A stretch of DNA of 64,000 nucleotides from Callorhinchus milii (taxonomy: Eukaryota): assembly GCF_018977255.1 (NCBI RefSeq), contig NW_024704743.1, positions 115,756,001 through 115,820,000 on the forward strand, in the 5' to 3' direction. Numbering within the stretch: position 1 is the first letter of the stretch; the number at the start of each line of letters is the position of its first letter. The position numbers and the translations under genes were made by a program. Below the pieces are notes generated by a model that saw only the letters and a program-made list of their open reading frames with translations, ran no database searches and was not told where the DNA came from. Below are positions 62,131 through 64,000 of this stretch, one piece after another.

Positions 62131-62353
62131 CAGGGTATCCTCCCACATAAACTGGATCGTTGGTGTCTGCAGAGGTTGACTGGAAATGGGGATTATTGGC
62201 CTGAACGGTAATGCCGTCCACAGTCAGCTCGATGTGGTGTTTGCCCTTGGAGGCTTGAAGCTTGTGCCACTTGCCATCACACAGACCGTTTGTATCTCTG
62301 GGCTCGTACCTGGCGGTAATTCTCCCAGCCCCATTGTTCACGTGGAACAGGAT
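62131..62353 (-). CDS. LAMA1: Laminin alpha-1 penultimate exon (ILFHVNNGAGRITARYEP...CDGKWH...DTNDPVYVGGYP)
   Basis: Acceptor ttccttccag, donor gtatgt, 223 nt; FHVNNGAGRITA motif. Confidence 0.95.
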
Positions 62354-63236
62354 CTGGAAGGAAAAGGAGAGAGCGTTGGTTATAGAAGGTGGTTCAAACA
62401 TGTCTGACCTCTTCTCCCAGTCCCAGTGTGTGGTGGCTGCACTGGCTAATCGCCAGCAGTGCCCCTGGAGGGCTACAGATCTGCCTAGCTCCTCATTTAA
62501 GAAATCAATTAGCAAACACAAAATCCATTAGCAAATCCTGAAAATCTATAACTGCTATAACAGTGAAGCTGGGGTCTTACAACCAGTAGTCTCAGGGCAC
62601 GTGATCCATTACATCGCGGACATGATCACTGGTCAGCTCCATCGATGGTTCAAACCGCCGGCTGGTGCGTTGGAAAACACAAGTGTCTGATTTTCTGGTC
62701 ATCAGGTCACCCAGACTTCGCTTCCTGTTCGCTGCGAGTTGGCAGGCCCATTTTAATGTTTTTGGGGGTTAATTAAATAATAATAATCCTTGCATTTGAT
62801 ATAGAGCTTTTCACATCTTCGAGACGTCTCAAAGCGCTTCACAGAATATACTGTAAAATGAATTGACTGAATATATTTGTGGGCGAAACACAGCAACTAA
62901 TTGCGCACAGCAGTGTCCCACACAGGATTGAAGTGACCAGTTTATTATTGTTATATCAGGGATCCACACCTCAATAAGTGACAAAGTGTATTATAATGCG
63001 GGGATCTACTGTGTATAGCAACAGCTCACTGGACTTCACAACTTGTCAATCAATCACCTACAAATACAGTAATGAAACACACTTTACGGTAAAACACTGT
63101 GAAGCTCTTAGAGACATCTCGACGAAGTGGTAAGACTATATCACATGCAAGAGTTATTTATTATTGTTGCTGTTATTATTAATAATATTGTCTGCCTGAG
63201 GCTGCGGCCAGTGGCCAGAGTTACTGATTTCATCAC

Positions 63237-63370
63237 CTTGCTGTTCACCATCTCCAGTCCGATAGCGTCCACTTTGGCGCTGCTGATACCAAACAGCACG
63301 GCATTCCTGAGCGTAGTGCGGAACTCAAACTCAACGATCATGTCAGATCTCACCCTGTAGCCTCCTTTGA
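63237..63370 (-). CDS. LAMA1: Laminin alpha-1 exon, LG5 (VKGGYRVRSDMIVEFEFRTT...KVDAIGLEMVNSK)
   Basis: Minus-strand acceptor tttttcag and donor gtgatg; GIS.AKVDAIGLE matches recalled LAMA1. Confidence 0.93.
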
Positions 63371-63399
63371 CTGAAAAAAGAAGGCATTAGTGCAACACT

Positions 63400-63815
63400 C
63401 AACAACAACAACTTGCATTTATATAGGGCCCTTCACACAGGATAGTATCTCGGAGCGATGCACAGTGGTGGCTGTTGGCCGACAAGCAAGGGAGAAAGGG
63501 GAGGTGACCATAGAAGTGGTCGAAGAGGTAGACGGTTTGAGGCAGGGAGTTCTAGAGGTTAGGGGTATAGTGGCTGAAGGCCTGGTCACTGATGGTGTCG
63601 TGGTGGGTTGGGGGGATGCACAGCATGTCTGTGCCAGCTGATTGAAGAGCGTGGGCAGGGGAGTGGGATATAAGCAGGTCAGACAGGTTGGGAGATGCCT
63701 AGGGCATGAAGCGATCTGTATGCGAGGATGAGGATCTTGGAACCGAGCACGGGGAGCCAGTGGAGCCTGGCGAGGACTGGGGTGGTGATGGCTGATTGTC
63801 CGGAAACATCACAGC
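63400..63815 (-). mobile_element. L2 3' fragment in a LAMA1 intron
   Basis: ITTPVLARLHWLPV...KILILAY plus tail. Confidence 0.85.
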
Positions 63816-64000
63816 ATGAAAGCAAACCTTCCATCCCAAGTCTGCCTCTGCCCGGTGTTTCCCACCGCACGAATCACCTAACTCCATCCCATTTCTCCCC
63901 TCTGCCCTCCAAAACACTCAACATTCCTCATGTTCAAACACCCATGTAAATTCTCTCATTAAAATAACTGATGGACTGTGCCTCCGTTAAGGTTTGTGGC

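Overview
Vertebrate genomic DNA, most likely a cartilaginous fish (inferred from the repeat content: dense tRNA-derived/Deu-domain SINEs plus L2 and CR1 LINE fragments). It holds two convergent protein-coding genes. On the + strand is a multi-exon RhoGAP gene called ARHGAP28: 14 phase-consistent coding exons from 27694 to the stop at 53190, about 621 codons, intact arginine finger, first exon not securely located. On the - strand are the last three coding exons of laminin alpha-1 (LAMA1, LG5 domain, stop at 61216). The rest is intronic, UTR or intergenic sequence dominated by retroposons, microsatellites and small local duplications. I found no convincing wholly new biological system. The most interesting non-routine signals are: a young SINE that appears to be a tRNA + CORE-like + partial Deu-domain + L2-tail composite; an L2/CR1 patchwork at 8.4-9.3 kb; a decayed Penelope-like RT relic; a 112-bp direct duplication tied to an inverted SINE pair; an isolated miRNA-like hairpin; and candidate unannotated ARHGAP28 exons. 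All family assignments are by eye and from recalled sequences, not database searches.
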